Assembly: GCA_013239625.1 (NCBI GenBank)
Contig: MU053559.1
Location: forward strand, 1,905,205 to 1,969,204
Reading direction: 5' to 3'
Source: Lama guanicoe
Lineage: Eukaryota
Length of the DNA stretch: 64,000 nucleotides
A program made the translations under genes and the position numbers. The notes under the pieces were generated by a model that was not told where the DNA came from, made no database searches, and worked only from the letters and a program-made list of their open reading frames with translations. Shown here piece by piece: positions 10,966 to 24,384 of the stretch (the stretch's first letter is position 1; each line of letters opens with the position of its first letter).

Positions 10966-11206
10966 ACAGGCAGATTTATAGAGACAGAAAGAAGAATAGG
11001 TTACCAGGGGCTGAGAGGGGAAATGGGGAGTGGTTAATGAATGATTATAGAGTTTTTGTTTTGTGATGGAAAAGTTTTAGAAATAGTGGTGATGGTTAAA
11101 CCACATTCTGAATATGCTTAATGCCACTGAATTGTACCCTTAAAAATGGTCAAAATGGCAAACTTCATGCTATGTATATTTTATTACAATAATAATAAAA
11201 AAAAAA
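10966..11206 (+). mobile_element. L1MB-type 3' end nested in the L1MC
   Basis: gagacagaaag...gttaccaggggctgagagggg...gccactgaattgtacccttaaaaatggt followed by poly-A. Confidence 0.85.
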
Positions 11207-11210
11207 CCCT

Positions 11211-11578
11211 TGTTTTGAACTGAATGTGTCCCTCCTTAAATTTGTATGTTGAAGTTGTAATGCCTAACATGATGGTATTTGGAGGTAGAGCCTTTGTGAG
11301 TTAATTAGGTTTAGATGAGGTCATCAGAGTGGGACCTCCATGATGGTATTAGTACCCTTAAAAGAAGAGGAAGAGCCACCAGAGTTCTCTTTCTTGGCCA
11401 TATGAGGATACAGCAAGAAAGCGGCCATTTGCAAGCCAGGAAAGAGGGCCCTTCCAAGGCACTGAATCTGTTAGGGCCTTGATTTTGGATGCACAGTCTT
11501 CAGAACTGTGAGAAATAAATGTTGTTCAAGCCACCAGTCTTCCGTACTTTGTTATGGAGGCCTGAGCTGACTAACACA
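11211..11578 (+). mobile_element. MaLR solo LTR (MLT1A-like)
   Basis: tgttttgaactgaatgtgtccc ... cagaactgtgagaaataaatg ... gctgactaacaca. Confidence 0.9.
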
Positions 11579-12987
11579 CCTGTAGCACAATATCACAACC
11601 AGCATACTGACATCGACATAGGCAAGATACAGAACAGCTGCGTCACCACAGTGATCCCTCGTGTTACCTTTTATAGTCACACTCTCCTCCCTTATCCCTG
11701 ACCTATGGCCACTCCTAATCTGGTCTCCATTTCTATAACTTTGTCATTTCAAGAATGTTATATAGATAGGGTCATGTAGTATATGACATTTTGGGACTGG
11801 CTTTTTCTCGCAGCCTAATTCCCTTGAGATCCAGGCTGTTGCTGTATCAATAGTTTGTTCCTTTTTATTGCGAAGCGGTACTCCACTGGTCTGGATGTAT
11901 CACAGTTTGTTTAACCAGTCACACACTGAAGGACATTTGGGTTATTTCCAGGTTTAGGATATTATTAATAAAGCTTATGTGGACATTTGCATATAGGTTT
12001 TTGTGTGAACATGTGTTCATTCCTTTGGGATATATGCCAAATAATACAGTTTTGGGGTTGTATGGTGAGCCGTGTTTAGTTTTGGACGAAAATGCTGCAT
12101 TCTTTATCAGAGTGACTGTACCATTTTCCATTCCCCCAGCAATGTATGAGTGATTCAGTTTCTCCACATCTTTAAAAACATTAGATGTTTGTACTATTTT
12201 TTAATTATAGCTATTCTGATATTCAAATGTTGAATCAGCCTTTCATACTTAGAATAGATCCCACTTGGTTATGCAGTATAATTACTTTTCTATATTGCTG
12301 GATTAGATTTGCTGATATTTCATTGAAGATTTTTTTGTGTTTAAGTTCATGAGAGATAATGTTCTATAGTTTGTCTTTTTTTTTTTTGGTACTGTCTTTA
12401 TTTGGTTTTGGTATCTGGGTAATATTAGCATCATAAAATGAGTTGGAAAGTGCTCCCATCTCTGCTATACTCTGGAAGAGATTGTGTAAAATTGGTGTTA
12501 ATTCATCTTTAAATGTTCAGTAGAATTCTCCATTGAAACCATTCAGGTGCTTTTTAATTACAAATTCATTTTTTTCAATGCTTAGAGGACTATTTAGGGT
12601 GCCTGTTTTATTGAGGTTGAATATGGTAGTTTGTGAATATGGAGGAATTGGTCCATTTCTCAGTTTTCAAATTTATGAGCATACAGTTCATAGCATTCCT
12701 TTATTAGCCTTTTAATGGTTTCAGGATGTGAAATGATAGCCTATGTTTTATTTCTTATACTGGTAATTTGTGTCCTCTCTCTCTTTTTTAAAATCTTTGT
12801 TAGCCTTGCTAAATAAAGGTTTATCAGTTTTATTGATTTTTTTAAAAAGAACTTTCTTTTTCTTTCATTGATTTTTCTGTCTTGTGTACCTATTTTTAAT
12901 TTCATTGATTTCTACTCGTATCTCTATTATTTTCCTTCTTCTGCTTCCTTTGGGTTTATTTTGCTCTTCTATTTCTATTTCTTGTCT

Positions 12988-13133
12988 TTTTTAAAATTTT
13001 CTATCCAGTTGGTTCTTTATTTTTTGGGGGGAGGTAATTAGATGTATTTATTTATTTGTAGAGGAGGTACTAGGGAGGTACCCAGGGCCTCGTGCATGCT
13101 AAGTATGTACTCTACAACTGAGCTATACCCCCC
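12988..13133 (-). mobile_element. Camelid tRNA-Ala SINE
   Basis: gaggtaattag...gaggaggtactaggg...ctgagctatacccccc; TSD-like tcta(a)tttcttgt on both sides. Confidence 0.9.
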
Positions 13134-15597
13134 TCTAATTTCTTGTTTTTACCCATTCCATGTTCTTCTTTCCTTTTTGAACTTCGAAACCTTGTTCTCT
13201 TAGCCATTCTTTAAGGATAGGTTTTCTCGTAACAAATTCTCTTAGTTTCTTTTGACTAAGAATCCTTTTACTTCCTTGTCATTCCTGAATGAAATTTTCA
13301 CTTGATATAGAATTCACGATTGACAGGTCTTTTCTTCCAGTACTTAAAAAATGTACTATTTCCTATTGGCCTCCATGGTTTCATTTGAAAAATACCCTGT
13401 GATTCAAATTGGAATTCCATTGTAAGTAGTGTATTACTTCTCTCTGGCTGCGTTCATGACTTTTTTTTCTTTTTGGTTTTCGAAACCTTTCAGAAATCTT
13501 GTATCTTGACATGGATTTCATTGGGCTTATCCTGTTTGGGATTCACTCAGTTTCTTGAGTCTTCCTTGAATTCTCCAAATTTGAGAAGTTCTCAGTCATT
13601 ATTTCCTCAAAAACATTTTCAGTTCTGTTCTCTCTCTCTTTTCTGCTATCTCATGATATAAATGTTAGATCTTTTGCTATTGTCCCATCAGTCCCTGAGA
13701 CTGTTCATTTTTTCTCTTGTTGTTCCAGATTGGGAAAATTCTATTGATGTGTCCCCAGATTCACAGATTTTATCTTCTGTCATGTCCACTCTTTTTATTG
13801 TTGTATTTTTCAGTTCTATAATCTCTATTTGGTTCTCTCATATAACTTGCATTTCTTTGCTGAGATTTTCTATAGTTTTTCATTTGTTTGAAGAGAATTT
13901 GTAATTGCCTGTGGATTTTTTATGCATTTTTATGACGGCTGCTTTAAAATTCTTGTCAGATAATTCCATTACCTAATTCATTTCCATGTTGGTGCCTGTT
14001 GATTGTCTTTTCTCATTCATGTTGTGATTTTCCTGGTTCTTGGTATGGTGAATGGCTTCCTGATTGTATCCCAAACATTTTGGATATTACATCAGTAGAC
14101 TCTGGATCCTATTAATTTTTCTTCATTTTTTTTTAAAACAGACAGCCCCCTGGTTGAAGTGCAGCAGGAAGGCTGAATGGTGTATATGTTCAGCTCCCTT
14201 CTTCCCAATGGTACTATTCCAGCTAAAATAGGCAGGGGGAGTCACTGCCCTATTATAGACAGGTGGAGTTGGCTCCATTCTCAGTGCAGATGGGGCCCTG
14301 ATTGATGACATCTCACTGCCTCCTAGTGTGGATGTTAGCTCTCCTCCCCACTGGTCCCCACTGACATTTAGTGAGAGGGAAAGCTGAGTGTTGACTCATC
14401 GCTTTTTTGCTACAGGGTAGGGGCAGTAGCTTGGCTTTGTGCTGAGCCCCTCAGACATAGAGGGAGAGGAAGGGGAAAGTGGAATGCCAACAAACGCCAC
14501 CTCTCACCACCTCCTTCTGCCTTGTTGATGCCTGCTAGGGATGGAGGTTCATTTCCTAACTGGGCCGCATTGATACCAGGGGAGGGAGAAAGCCAGGTTG
14601 GGATTAGCTCATCTCTCCCCGCCTCATTCTGTCTCATGAATGTTGGGTGGTGTTGGAGGCCCACCTCTCCACTGGGACCTGCTGATGGGGCTGGGCAGGG
14701 GAGAAGAGGAGTGCCTACTAGCCCTGTGTCATACCACCTTATTTGATCTTGTTGCTGCTGGGTTGGTGTGGAGATTCAGCTTCCTATTGGACCACGCTGA
14801 CACGAGAAGCAGGAGGATAGTGGATAGTGTGTAGCACTGACTGGACCCGACTAGCATCACTGTGTCCAGTGTCATTGATGCCAGGTGGGGGTGGATACCT
14901 AGCTCCCCACTGCTGGGCCCTGCTGACACTTGGGATGGGGGGATATCAGAGTACTGACTAGCTCCATTTCTCTTCGCCTCATTAAGTCCCCTTACTACTC
15001 AGTGGGGATGGAGGCTCAGCTCACTGCTGGACACTACCCTACAGGGGAGTCAGAGTGCTGCCTGCTTCCTCGTGCGGGCATAGAAGCTCAGCATTCTGCT
15101 CAGCCCCATCTGTACCCCCGCAGGGGAATTGGAGCACCACCTGCTTCTGCCAGTGGGACTTGGAAGATCCCACATAGGGAGAGGTGCTTTTTTTCTCTCA
15201 TTGGTTGATTGGAGTCATGCCGATATTACCAAAAATGCTTTCTGTTGTTATGCCATCCTTTCCCTGGTCCTTTGACTAAGGCTATCAGGCTTTTCTCGAA
15301 GCTTTTTCTTTTGTCTGTGCCTATGGGCAGTTCTGGGTTGGTGGTTTCTAAAGGGCCCCATCTGGGACTTAAGGGAAGCGGTAAGGAAACCCTGGGAACT
15401 CCTTTGTGTTGTCATGTTTGAGGTCCCTAGGAAGTCTGTCTTCTTTCCACCTTTCAGAGTCTTCTAATGCTTGTTGGTTGTGTCATATTCAGGGTTTCTT
15501 AGCTGTAAGGGGAAGGCTCTAAAAGGAATGGGGCACTCCATCTTGGCCAAAACTGGAAGTTCCTTGTATTTCTTTTTCCTCTGGGAGTAGAGAAAGC

Positions 15598-16142
15598 TTT
15601 TTTTTTTTTTCAATTGTAGTATAGTCAGTTTACAATGTTGTGTCAATTTCTGGTGTACAGCATAATGCTTCAGTCATACATGCACATACATGTATTCATT
15701 TTCATATTTTTTTCACCACACGTTATTATAAGATATCAAGTATAGCTCCCTGTGCGGTACAGTATAAACTTGTTTATCTGTTTTATATATACCAGTCAGT
15801 ATCTGCAAATCTCGAACTCCCAATTTATCCCTTCCCACCCCCTTCCCCCCTGGTAACCATAAGTTTGTTTTCTATATCTGTGAGTCTATTTCTGTTTTAT
15901 AAATAGGTTCATTTGTCTTTTTTTTTTGATTCCACATATGAGTGATATCATATGGTATTTTTCTTTCTCTTTCTGGCTTACTTCATTTAGAATGACATTC
16001 TCCAGGGCCATACATGTTGCTGCAAATGGCATTATTTTATTATTTTTTGTGGCTGAGTAGTATTCCATATACTCCATAAATATACTACAATTTCTTTATC
16101 CAGTCATCTGTTGATGGACATTTAAGTTATTTCCATGTCTTG
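15598..16142 (-). mobile_element. Young camelid-type L1 3' end
   Basis: ORF 15886-16077 (MEYYSATKNNKIMPFAAT...) is the ORF2 C-terminus; flanked on both sides by gaaagcttttt. Confidence 0.92.
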
Positions 16143-17576
16143 GGAGGAAAGCTTTTTGAACTATCACTCAACATTTAGAATCAATTAATAAAAAATTAAT
16201 AAATTTACCTACATTCAAAACATATAATCAATCAAATGTTAAAGGACAAATCTAGAGAAAATATTTGGCATATATATGACAGACAAAAGATTAATCTCCC
16301 TAATAAATAAAGAGCTCTTAACAGTAAAGAAGAAAAAGTCTGAAATCTTGCTAGAAAAAAATTGGTGAATGACAGAGTTCACAGAGAAATGCAAATGAAC
16401 ATTTGAAAAGAGGCTTACTTTTACTCACAATAATAGAAATGCCAATTAAAACTACATTGTCACCATTTTACCAAAATGACACTGGCCAAAATCCCCAAGT
16501 TTGACAAAACTCACTGTTTTCAGCCCTATGAAGAAACAAGTACCCTCAAATGTTGCTGGTGGGAATGCAACATGGTACAATTTCCAAGAAGGGAACTTGG
16601 CCAGATCTAACAAAATTATACTTACCCCTTGACCCAGCAATCTCATTTCTGGGAATTTACCTGGTAGGTATGTGTCTATATTTATGCAACAACAAATGTA
16701 CAAAGTTATTTATTGTGGCATTATGTTTAATAATGAAGACTGGAACTCTGATATGTCCACCAATAAAGGGCTTATTGAATAAACAAAGATATAGCCTCAT
16801 AGTGAAGTATTATACAGCTGTATAAAAAGAAAGAGAAGATGTCTATGTGCTGATATTGGAGGCTGTTTTTCTAAAAAGATATGCAGAGCATATATAGTGT
16901 TTTATCTTTTGTATATGAAAGGAGGGAAATAAGACTATATGTGTGTATTTGCTTACCCCACCCCCAAATACTGGAAGAATAACCAGAAACTAGTAGAAAC
17001 AGTTACCTGTAAAGAGCTTGCAGAGGGGCTGAGGATGAGAGAATAGGAATTGAAGAGCGATTTCTCTGAGTATGCCTTTGTGCATAGCTTGGCTTTTGAA
17101 ATGTTTAACATCCAAAAAATACAATGAAATAAAAGAGAAGACAAAGCAAAACCTAAAATTGGAAAGAAACAAATAAACCTAACTGTACATTAAAGGTAAC
17201 AGAATCACACAGAGACAAGAATTATTTCAAATAACTTATGAACATAGTACTTAGACTGTACTGAAGTCAAAAAAGTAAAAAGAATCTTAAATGCTACTTT
17301 GTAGTTTTATTGTTAATGGTAACATTGGCATTGAAATTTTGAAACTTATGTAGGTGTATATATTATAGACAAAGAAAAAAATTAATTACGTTAATTTTAT
17401 ATTCAGAACCAGAATCTTCAGTGTAATAGAAAATAAATACATGTATAAAATAAACATTTGGAAAACCCCTATAATGTTAAATTTGAATTCAAAATATCAG
17501 TATGATCTCATGATTAATATATATCATATATATTAATGTATAAGTTTTTTTATATATGAAATGTATATGTATTTTA

Positions 17577-18699
17577 CAAGACCAGTGACATAACTTGTGT
17601 GGCCCAGTGCAAAATGAAAATGCGGGGCTGCTTGTTCAAAAAGCAGGATAAAGTGCCATTAAAAGTACTAAAACATAAAGCCTTTTCCTTCCTTCCACAG
17701 TCTCTCCCTCACTCAACTTGTCATGAGTTTTTTTTTTCTATTTGCTACTTAATGTTGTTCTAGGGAAAGAAAAATAAAAACCGTAAGCATGAATTTTACC
17801 CTTCATCTTTATATTGTACAATGGCAGCTTTAAAAGCAAGAGTAAGAGCATTTGATTCACGTGTGGAATAGCTGAAATTTCACAATTTGTATTTTGCGAC
17901 TTGTCCTGGAGACTGTCTTGAGTTGGCCAGGAGAGACTAACACAAACCAGATTTGGGAAGTGGGAAGGAAGAAAAGATCTCCCTAGGCCCAGGGTACTCC
18001 CTTTGCAAGAGATACTCAGGAGGCAAGTGCAGGTGCTCCCAGGCCCCCAGGGTCCCTGCCTTGTGACAACGGGGTCTGACTAATGGGATGTGCTGTGCAC
18101 CCTGGGCCAGGGGCAGGGAAGTCAAGCCAGACATTTCCCTTTCCCGTGGGCCTGCTGCCCCAACCCAATAGCTAATGGGGGCCCTACAAACATATTGGAA
18201 CCTTAGGGCTGGGATACACTAGGGATCTGAATTGGTGGTGGCTAAGAGGCTATCCTTGCCCCGTCACCTGCTGAATGTGCTGTGGCACTGCCAACTGGAG
18301 TGGGGACACCACCACCATGCCTTGTCCCAAAATGTTGTGGGGCAAATGCATTCAATCTGACCTTCCCTACACTCACACCCTGGCTCTCATTGGGGACAGA
18401 GGGCAACAGTGGTTGCTGGGAAAGGTTGGACAAGGGGAGACTGGGCAGGACCCAGGGCACTAGGAGGTGTGGGAGCAGCCCCCTGGGAACCTGTCCTGGG
18501 GAGCCAAGCATGAACAGAGGCTCCAAGTCCCTGGTTCATGCTCCATTATCACACTGGACTCCATTGACCAAATACAAAGATAAAATTGCAAATAATTTCA
18601 AGACATGGGTTACAGAACTTGGAATTCCAAACACAAGGCCCTTCTGGGCATGAGTGTCTGTGTGACTGTACTGGTAGCTTGCCCATAAAGCTGGCCCTT
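17577..18699 (-). mobile_element. hAT-Tip100 DNA transposon (MER45B/C-like), ~1.1 kb
   Basis: Left end ggcccagtgcaaaatgaaaatgcgggg...ttgttcaaaaa and right end gcccataaagctggccct match MER45 termini. Confidence 0.8.
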
Positions 18700-19888
18700 C
18701 TGTTTCATAGTGCTGTTCGCTGCTCTGGTCTTGAAGCAGTGATATCTCGGTAGCAATAAGCTTACATTGAAACCAGATCTTGGTTTCTAAATACCATTCT
18801 CTAATAAAAGGAAACATTGCTTCTTGGAGAAATGGCTTATTCCTGGTTTGGTACAGGCAATATATAAGGTGAGGCTGTTCGTATGCCAGAAATTAAGAAG
18901 GCATTAAAAGACCAGTGGGGTTGTGTCAAAAGGACAAAGGAGCCAGTTTAAGGAGCTCTCAAATTTTGGACAATTGAGCATCAAGAAGAATAATGACTGT
19001 CTTATGATTGAATAAATTAAAGCCATGAGTATCATGAGTCCATCATGGTAATCAAATGAGAGAAAAAACTCATTAGTGACTGGTGATGACTATTGTATCA
19101 ACACTTTATTCTGAAAATTGTCAACTAAGGGAAAGAGTTAAGTGTTTACCCTGACTTTTAAGGAAAAACTTAAGTATGTCTCCATTTGATCCTTTTTTAT
19201 AGAAGAATGGCAGCTAACAATTGCAAATGGATTTTTACAAAAGCACCATTTTGCCATCTTCCAAGAATATAACCCATTCAGTCAAGGCTTATCAAGGAAT
19301 GTTCAAACAATTGGGTGACGGATTGATGGAGGCAGTATACTTATGTGGTGCCTAAGTATCACCGCTCAAGTTACTTTTTTAACTGCAAAGAGCAAAACTT
19401 AGCTTGGCAGTCATGACCTTAACCCCGTGATCACACTTAACACCATTTACAGTGAGATAGCCTGAGGCTCAGTGGTGTAATGTGGTGTGATACAATATGA
19501 AGGGCACAGCGTCCCCTGTGTAGTATTCATGCCAAAAAATGTTTAACCTGAATCTAGTCACGCCTCTAAGACCTCTACCATCCAGTTTACAGGTATATTA
19601 ATTTGTTAGGCTGCCATAACAACGTACTGCAAACTGAGTGGCTTAAACGACAGAAATTTATTATCTGGAGGCTGAAAGTGTGAAATTAGATGTGTGCAGA
19701 GTTGATTTCTTCTGAGGGCTGTGAGGCTCTGTTCCACGCTTCTCTCCTAGCTTCTGATGGTTTGCTGGCCATCTTTCATGTTCCTTGATGGGTAAAAGCA
19801 TCGCCTAGATCTCTGCCTTCATGTTTACATAGTGTTGCCCCTGTGTGCATGTCTATCTCCACATTTTCCTTTTATAAGATCACCAGTC

Positions 19889-20575
19889 TTGGTGCAGCCA
19901 CTATGGAAAACAGTATGGAGATTCCTCAAAAGACTAGGAATAGACTTACCGTATGACCCAGGAATCCCTCTCCTGGGCTTATATCCGGAAGGAACGCTTC
20001 TTCAGGATGACACCTGCACCCCAATGTTCATAGCAGTACTATTTACAATAGCCAAGACACAGAAACAGCTTAAATGTCCATCAACGGATGACTGGATAAA
20101 GAAGATGTGGTATATTTATACAATGGAATACTACTCAGCCATAAAAACTGACAACATAATGCCATTTGCAGCAACATGGATGCTCCTGCAGAATGTCATT
20201 CTAAGTGAAGTAAGCCAGAAAGAGAGAAAAATACCATATGAGATCACTCATATGTGGAATCTAAAAACAAACAAACAAACAAAGCATAAATACAAAACAG
20301 AAATAGACTCATAGACATAGAATACAAACTTGTGCTTGCCAAGGGGGCTGGGGGTAGGAAGGGACAGACTGGGATTTTAAAATTGTAGAATAGATAAACA
20401 AGATTATACTGTAAAGCACAGGGAAATATACACAAGATCTTATGGTAGCTCACAGAGAAAAAAATGTGACAATGAATATATATATATTCATGTATAACTG
20501 AAAAATTGTGCTGTACACTGGAATTTGACACAACATTGTAAAATGATTATAAATCAATAAAAAATGTTAAAAAAA
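19889..20575 (+). mobile_element. Young 5'-truncated L1
   Basis: Uninterrupted ORF2 C-terminal frame (LVQPLWKTVWRFLK...MPFAATWM) and poly-A; TSD core tcaccagtc at 19880-19888 / 20579-20587. Confidence 0.95.
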
Positions 20576-20701
20576 AAGTCACCAGTCATTTTGGATTAGG
20601 GACACACCCTGCTCCAGTATGACCTCATCTTAGCTAATTATGTCTGCAACGACCCTATTTCCAAATAACGTCACATTCTGAAGCACTAGGGGTTAGGGCT
20701 T

Positions 20702-21323
20702 TGTAGAGGAGGAAAAATAATTTTCCCTTTTCCTTTCTAGGTTCTTGGCTGAGACCCCCCTGTAATAAAAAGACAAATTAACAGGAGAGAAACAAACAAA
20801 AGTTTAATAACATGTATACCTCCTATATACATGGGAGATAGACAGATTAACAGGAGAGAAACAAACAGAAGTTTAATAACATGTGTACCTCCTATATACA
20901 TGGGCGATACCCAGGAAAACAGTAATCCCCTCAAATGGCTCAAGCCACACCACCTGAAATACCATCTCCAGCTAAAGACAAAAGACAGATGGGAGGTGGG
21001 GAGCTAGTTATGGCAGGCTACCAGCAAAAACACAAAGCAAATGAAATGAACAAGGGTATGGCTGTGATGAAGATTTGAGTCCCTGCCTTCTCCATTAATA
21101 AGTTTCTAGAAATTTAGTCATTCTCTCTTCTTGGTACAGAGGACACATCCTTACAAATGGATATCTTACTTATGAATGTAAATGTCCCTTACAAAGAGTA
21201 ACGTCTACTCACTCAGTTTTCAGAGCCTTTCCTGTTTCTGCTGTTTCTTAAAAAATAGTCAGCCTAAAATAATCCTTATGCCAAAGAGGCATATGTTAAG
21301 GTGACAAATTCTGTTCCCCTTCA
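20702..21323 (-). mobile_element. ERV1 solo LTR (MER34-family)
   Basis: Sense start tgaaggggaacagaatttgtcacc...ggcataaggattatttt; perfect 4-bp TSD gctt (20698-20701 / 21324-21327). Confidence 0.9.
20771..20908. repeat. 69-bp tandem duplication inside the LTR
   Basis: Units at 20771-20839 and 20840-20908 with 4 mismatches. Confidence 0.95.
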
Positions 21324-21730
21324 GCTTCCACATATGATTTTGGGGGACAGACACAATTCAACTCATAACAACAGGAAATCTTGGAGATAGAAGAATAAGT
21401 TAAATATCACCACAAGGAAATCATCAGACAAGTCCCGCATGTGAGACTTTCTATAAAGTCTTTTCAAAAAGATAATGTCATTTAAAAAAAAAAAAGAAGT
21501 AGGGGGATGATTCCAAAAAAACTAAAGAAACCAAATGTATGGATTGTGATTGGATCCTGATTTAAAAAAGAATATAGACTGGATATTTTGAGAGTTAAAT
21601 AATAGTAGGGAGTTCCTATTAATTTTCTTAGGGGTGCTAATGCTATGATAGTTATATATGAGAATGAACTTATATTAAGATATGCAGAGTGAAGTATTTG
21701 GGGTGAAGTGTCAGGATGTCTCCAGTTTCC

Positions 21731-21912
21731 TTTTTTTTAAATTAAAGTATAGTTGATTTACAATGTTTCAGGTGTACAGCAAAGTGATTCAGTTTTATAT
21801 ATATATAGGTTATTACAAGATATTGAATATAGTTCCTTGTACTATACAGTAGGTCCTTGTTGTTTATTTTACATACCATAGTGTATATCTGTTAATCCCA
21901 AATCCCTAAATT
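21731..21912 (-). mobile_element. Short L1 3' end
   Basis: Poly-T then aagtatagttgatttacaatg...tatacagtaggtcc. Confidence 0.85.
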
Positions 21913-24384
21913 CCAATTTTAAATAGATCAGCAAAATAAAAAATGTATAGACATACATAAAGCAAATTATATATACATAGTATGTATACAGATAAAGCAA
22001 ATATACCAAAAGGTTAACATTTGTTGAATTTAAATGTTGGTTATCTAAGGTGTTCACTGTACTATTTGTTCAACCTTCCTGTATGTTTGGAATTTTTCAG
22101 AATAAAAGTTGACAGCAAATAAAGAAGAGAAGATTTTTCAAGAGAAGATTCTGCGCACCTCTCTGTTGAAAATGGAGCATGAAAAAATAAAATTCAACAG
22201 GCTTAAGGTATAAAAGATGAAAATCCAGTTAGTGAAAAAGAGAAATTCACTGTCAGGGTTGTTAAACAGTTGGGCTGCTTTTCAAGTGATTCCTTCCCTC
22301 AAAGTATTCATTACTGGGAGTTGGAGGCCACAGCACAAAGCTCTCAATCAAGAATGATTTGAGGGCCCCCAAAAGACCGGCTGACCTCTAAATATCTCCC
22401 CTGCTGGCTTCCCATGTGGCCTGAAATCCCTGTAACCTAGGTCAGTTCTTAAGAATCAAGTATTTTCTCACTATTCTGGGGCCCCCTTTTAAAATGCAAA
22501 GCTGGGAGGATGCTGGGATCCATTAAGTGGGAACCATTGTCTGCAGAGCCAGCACCCGCCCATAGGCCCTCAATTCTAATAGCTCCTTTCTCAACCCCTT
22601 TCCACCGCTGAGACGGGACAATATGTGCTCTAAGATACTTTTTGGGTGAAGACACCATTTCAAGAAAGCTTACTTTCTGTGAATAAAATGGGGTGCATAA
22701 GGTCATTGCTGTTTTTACTTTGTCAACTGGGTGGCCTCTGAAAGCTTCTTAGAACACTTCAAAGGAAGCCTCCTCGACTCTTCCAGCCCTCCACCCCTTC
22801 CCTTTGTAACCGAATTCTTCCTGACCCCAAAGCTTTTCCCTGAATGAAGAGTTTCCAAGGGGTCTAAAAAAAAATACCTGAGACAATTAGAGAAATGAAA
22901 ACCCGGGGGGTCAAGATGAATTGACCCTTGGTGGAGGATTTACATAAATAGGTCCTAACCTCTGGCTGTGAATAAAAGATAAATGCCCCATTAGGGTCAG
23001 AACCACAGTTCAAGGGCGTTCGCCAGGCCAGGCCTGGCTTCTCTGCTATGTCAGGAATTTCAGGAATGCCACTGATCATTGTGTGTTGGCAGAGCCCGGG
23101 GGTGTTGCAGGCAGGCTAACAGAAACCCAGCCCTGCCCACCGGGTGAAACTGCAGCTCTCCCACGCAGCAGATCTGCGAATCGAGAGCGTGGGAAACCCG
23201 TCAGTTGAGAGAGGACCCAGAAGTAATGCCCTCGAAAATGGGAAGGAAGCTTTCTCCCGAACGGTGACCAAATTCAGATTTTGGATGGTGGTCTTAACCT
23301 GCAAGATTAGAGGGGAGAAAGGGCATGTCCCCGGAGAAGAGCCATTTGCTCCCCTTACCTGCAGATCAGGTGAGCCGGCACTAGCCTCCTGCAGCCTGAA
23401 GGCCTCCGCCCCGTTTCCTTCTGCTGCTACTCAAGAACAAAATCTTACAAGGGTGTTGCAAAGGAATTTTCAGAAAAAAAAAGTAAAATAGAGCCCCTCG
23501 TACAGACATCAAAATGTACATGTGTTAAAGATTTTATTTTACCCCTAATAACTGAGGGAACCAGCATGTGTTACAACTGATTTAGAAAAGGAGCAGCCCA
23601 GATTTATAGGGAATAAAGAATGTTGAAATGAATTGCAAATGGAAAAAAGAAGAAATGAATTGCAAATGGAGGCAGACCTTTTTTTCCCACCCCCACCCAG
23701 GGGTGAAGGAAGTCAATTGAACCAGACAGGACAGAATTTTACATGTCTGTCCCTTCCCTACAACGGAGTTCTAAAATAGCTCCTATAGGAAGCAAGTGCT
23801 TTAGGCAATAAAGAGTTTTCCATTGAAGTATGACTTTTTCTCTGTAGGGGCAAGAAATTTTGCTTTCTACGTATTATCTTAGAGAAATGTCCTTTCTATC
23901 TGCTTACCTCTCACCCCTGCCCAGTCTCCCGGCCACTCCCCCCACCCCACTCCCACCACACACGAAAAGGTATACATACTTTTTAAACCAAAGAGTGAAG
24001 TGTGCTTGAGAAGCGTGGCCAAAGTTGATTCCCACCTTCCACAATTTTCTACCTTACTTTATTTCTCTGTCACATAAAAATGCATCGAATCCTGTTTGGG
24101 TTGTTCCTTGGCAGGATGAGGATGACGAAGATGCCGCCTTGCCCATCTCATCTTGTTCTCTGTTGCCCCTCTTGCTCTAAAGAGAAAACACTGGGAGGAT
24201 GGGAACTTGGGACAGAGAATCTGCTTATCCCGCAGCTGTTTTGGCCAGCAAATGCCTCAATTCTGATGGCCATTCTGGGTTTATTTTACTGAGAGTCTCC
24301 AAAGTGACCCATTGCATCATGGAAACAAAGAGCAGGGACATCCTGGATTTTACTGCTTAGAAAGTATTTCCCCCATGTTGCATC

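Larger units (their letters stand above)
10845..15562 (-). mobile_element. Ancient L1MC-type element with both ends, internally deleted, carrying nested insertions
   Basis: L1MC 3' end at 10850; ORF2 pieces 12220-12985; ORF1/5' region 13150-15560 ending ccatcttggccaaaactggaagt (antisense of an L1 5' terminus with the CAAGATGG motif). Confidence 0.75.
19594..21370 (-). mobile_element. MaLR LTR (MLT1C-like) split by two later insertions
   Basis: Pieces at 19594-19888, 20588-20701 and 21328-21370; perfect 5-bp TSD acagg (19589-19593 / 21371-21375). Confidence 0.9.
16175..22115 (+). mobile_element. Ancient L1MC4-type element, host of several nested insertions
   Basis: Degenerate ORF2 end at 16175-16850 (LPLDPAISFLGIY) and L1MC4-type 3'UTR segments at 16850-17575, 18700-19590 and 21376-22115. 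Confidence 0.75.

Noticed and set aside
14123..15421. Cluster of overlapping ORFs suggesting a coding region
   Set aside because: GC-richer 5' region of an old L1; ORFs occur on both strands with no protein-like signal.
17937..18817. ORF cluster suggesting a transposase or gene
   Set aside because: It lies within a non-autonomous MER45-like element and shows no transposase motifs.
19832..20314. Longest ORF in the window (160 aa) as a gene
   Set aside because: It is the L1 ORF2 C-terminus fused by chance to a few MLT1C codons; the element is 5'-truncated.
20771..20908. CRISPR-like or other prokaryotic repeat arrays (also 4801-4906, 23625-23670, 56081-56110)
   Set aside because: Only 2-3 adjacent units without unique spacers, no cas genes, and a mammalian context.
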